Shown here piece by piece: positions 61,951 through 64,000 of a stretch of DNA of 64,000 bases (the stretch's first letter is position 1; each line of letters begins with the position of its first letter). The position numbers and the translations under genes were made by a program. The DNA is from Monocercomonoides exilis PA203 (lineage: Eukaryota; Protista; Preaxostyla), in contig LSRY02000018.1 of NCBI GenBank assembly GCA_001643675.2, positions 434,001-498,000 on the forward strand. Direction: 5' to 3'. The notes under the pieces were generated by a model. That model saw only the letters and a program-made list of their open reading frames with translations. It was not told where the DNA came from and did not search any database.

Positions 61951-62804
61951 AAGCATTTCATCCATTCAGTGTTTGTTTTTAAATACTATTATTGAGAGAA
62001 TGATGCAATGTTAAAAAACAAATGAAACAGGGGAAAATATCTTGTTTTTGATGGCATTTTAGAGCTTTTGCTATAATAAAGGGGATTTGACATTTTTGGC
62101 AAAATCACCATAAAAATAGTACACTTTGCAATTGACTGTGCATTTGAATGATCTTGTAACCTTCTCAAAGTTATGCTTCATACAGTTTAACAAGTTTTAT
62201 TTCAGAAATTTTCATTTTAAATACAGCAGTGCAAAGAAGGTGTTCAAAAATTTTCCTGTTGGTCACAATTCAGTATTTGTCCCACGAGCATAGGACAAAG
62301 GTCAATTATTGAAAGTGAAAACATCAATTTGAAAGCGGAAACACGAGAGAGAAGGATTTTTTCTAGGCATAGGTCTAAATTGTACCAGTAGTGAATTTGA
62401 CCTTTTTTTGTGAATTTTCGAAATATTATTGATTGTTATAATTAATTAACACTGTGTGATTGAAAAATTTTCAAAAATGTTTGAGTTAATAATTAAATCT
62501 AAAATATTGAACAATCCCATAAAAACATTTGTTAATTTTGTATTTTGTATTTTGTGAACGAATAAGAGCTGTATTTTGATTATTTTCTTTATTCATAGTT
62601 TTGTTGTATTTTTTTTTTCATTTCATGCTCTTTTTCAAAAAGAACAAATCAGAATGATGTTGTTGATTTTCATTAATAATTCAAATTGCAAAATTTGAAA
62701 CGAATGGATTGAGTAATATTCAAAATATAACAACTGCTTTAATAAAGTTTTTATCTGTGTTCAGAAAAATATATCCACAAAAATTCAAAATCTCTGTCTT
62801 TCGA

Positions 62805-64000
62805 AATTGATGTTCCAATACAAATTTCGCTTGCTAAATCCTTCAACTCAATCTCTATCCCCTCTCCATTTCCGCTCTTTCATCCACATTCCTCCATCGT
62901 TGTATTCCATGCCACAAATGTCTCTCCTCCCTTCACGCTCTTTGCCATTATCACGCCCTCACCTGTTGTCCGATTCACATTTCGAATTGTCACATTTGCA
63001 AGAATGCTTTCTCCTGATGGAGATCCCGCTGATGATGGTTCAGGGAAAAGAGTCTGTGATATTTTCATATTTTCAATCTCCACATCAATCATCTCTAATT
63101 GCTTCAGTGCCACTTCAAACACAGATGACGAGATTCCACTCCATCCTGATGTTGAAGAATTGATCAAAACATCCTCCAGCGAAAGATTCCCGCTCCCCAC
63201 TGACACCACAAACACACTCGGTGATGGACTTCTTATCGAGTTGTGATCGATCCCCACATACCCCACCTCCAGTTGACCAGAAGATATGCTAAACAGCGCT
63301 GTCGAAGTCGAAGAAAGCGCACTCGTTCCAATCACACTCGCTGCTTTCCCTTTCCCAATGACTGAAATCTTCTTTTCTCCAATTGCAATGGTTGCTGTTT
63401 CACTTTGATGATCCCCTTCCATCAGCGTGATTGTCAAACTAATTTGTGTCTCACACATCTCAAACGCCTTCTTCACTGTCAGACACGGATTTGATTCATT
63501 TGCCCCACAAAGCGGAGATGAATCATTCCCACTCACCGAGACATATATCGTCTTGTCTTTCAGCCAATCCATTTTCATTGTTTGATCATATGTCCAAACA
63601 CTTGCATTTGCATAATTGTATGCAAAGCACACTCTCTGATCATCTGTGTATGTGGTGGAGCATTCATGAGATGGAGTTCCTGAATCCAAATACAGATTGT
63701 ATGTATCGGCATGTTCGACGTCATGCCCGCGTGGTTTATTTGCATCCCTGCAGCTGCATTCGTGAAAAAATAAGAAGAAGCAATATAGTTTATTGTCAGA
63801 TGTTGTTGCTCGATTTGGCTGCAAAAATAATCCTCCTCCATTTGCAGATGCTGAACATGAAATAAACTGAATGTTCCTCATTTTGAATGCTGCAGGAACA
63901 GTTCTGCAATACATTCCTCCGCCCCAAGTCGATGTTAGTGAACATGAAGTGAAATTGCATTCAAACACACACGAACTACCTCCTTCTCCATCTTCTTCCC
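62805..64000 (-). pseudogene. 3'-truncated paralog of the giant beta-helix receptor (5' part off window)
   Basis: Collinear with ~24410-25590 (GGGMYCR, EPSSAGS.SGES.LANVTIRNVNRTT). Stop at 62880, ~25 more homologous codons, then similarity ends. No TM or kinase part. Confidence 0.85.

Overview
AT-rich, intron-containing eukaryotic DNA in the standard genetic code (intact genes end in TAA/TAG). Short GT-AG introns, poly-Ser/Glu inserts and giant beta-helix/TM/kinase-like receptors point to an oxymonad protist such as Monocercomonoides (inference). (1) 1-10.4 kb is a dense DNA-transposon nest. It holds two DDE_Tnp_4 (PIF/Harbinger-ISL2EU type) transposase elements and a non-autonomous relative, alternating end-to-end with TA-flanked fold-back palindromes, plus further fold-back and nested TA-flanked MITEs. 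(2) 11-18 kb is decayed gene fragments. (3) A 2727-aa single-exon beta-helix receptor with a pseudokinase tail follows. (4) A 1.24-kb recent inverted duplication abuts an aldehyde-dehydrogenase C-terminal fragment in frame, next to a motif-degenerate eIF4A paralog. (5) A co-oriented minus-strand run follows: coiled-coil protein, exportin-7-like, V-ATPase subunit a, long-chain acyl-CoA synthetase, PLAC8-family, four-thioredoxin PDI-like. (6) More MITE remnants and a truncated beta-helix paralog lie at the right edge. The most unusual features are the alternating, terminus-to-terminus transposon array, the shared architecture of its palindromic elements, and stop-codon-only decay of repeated genes.
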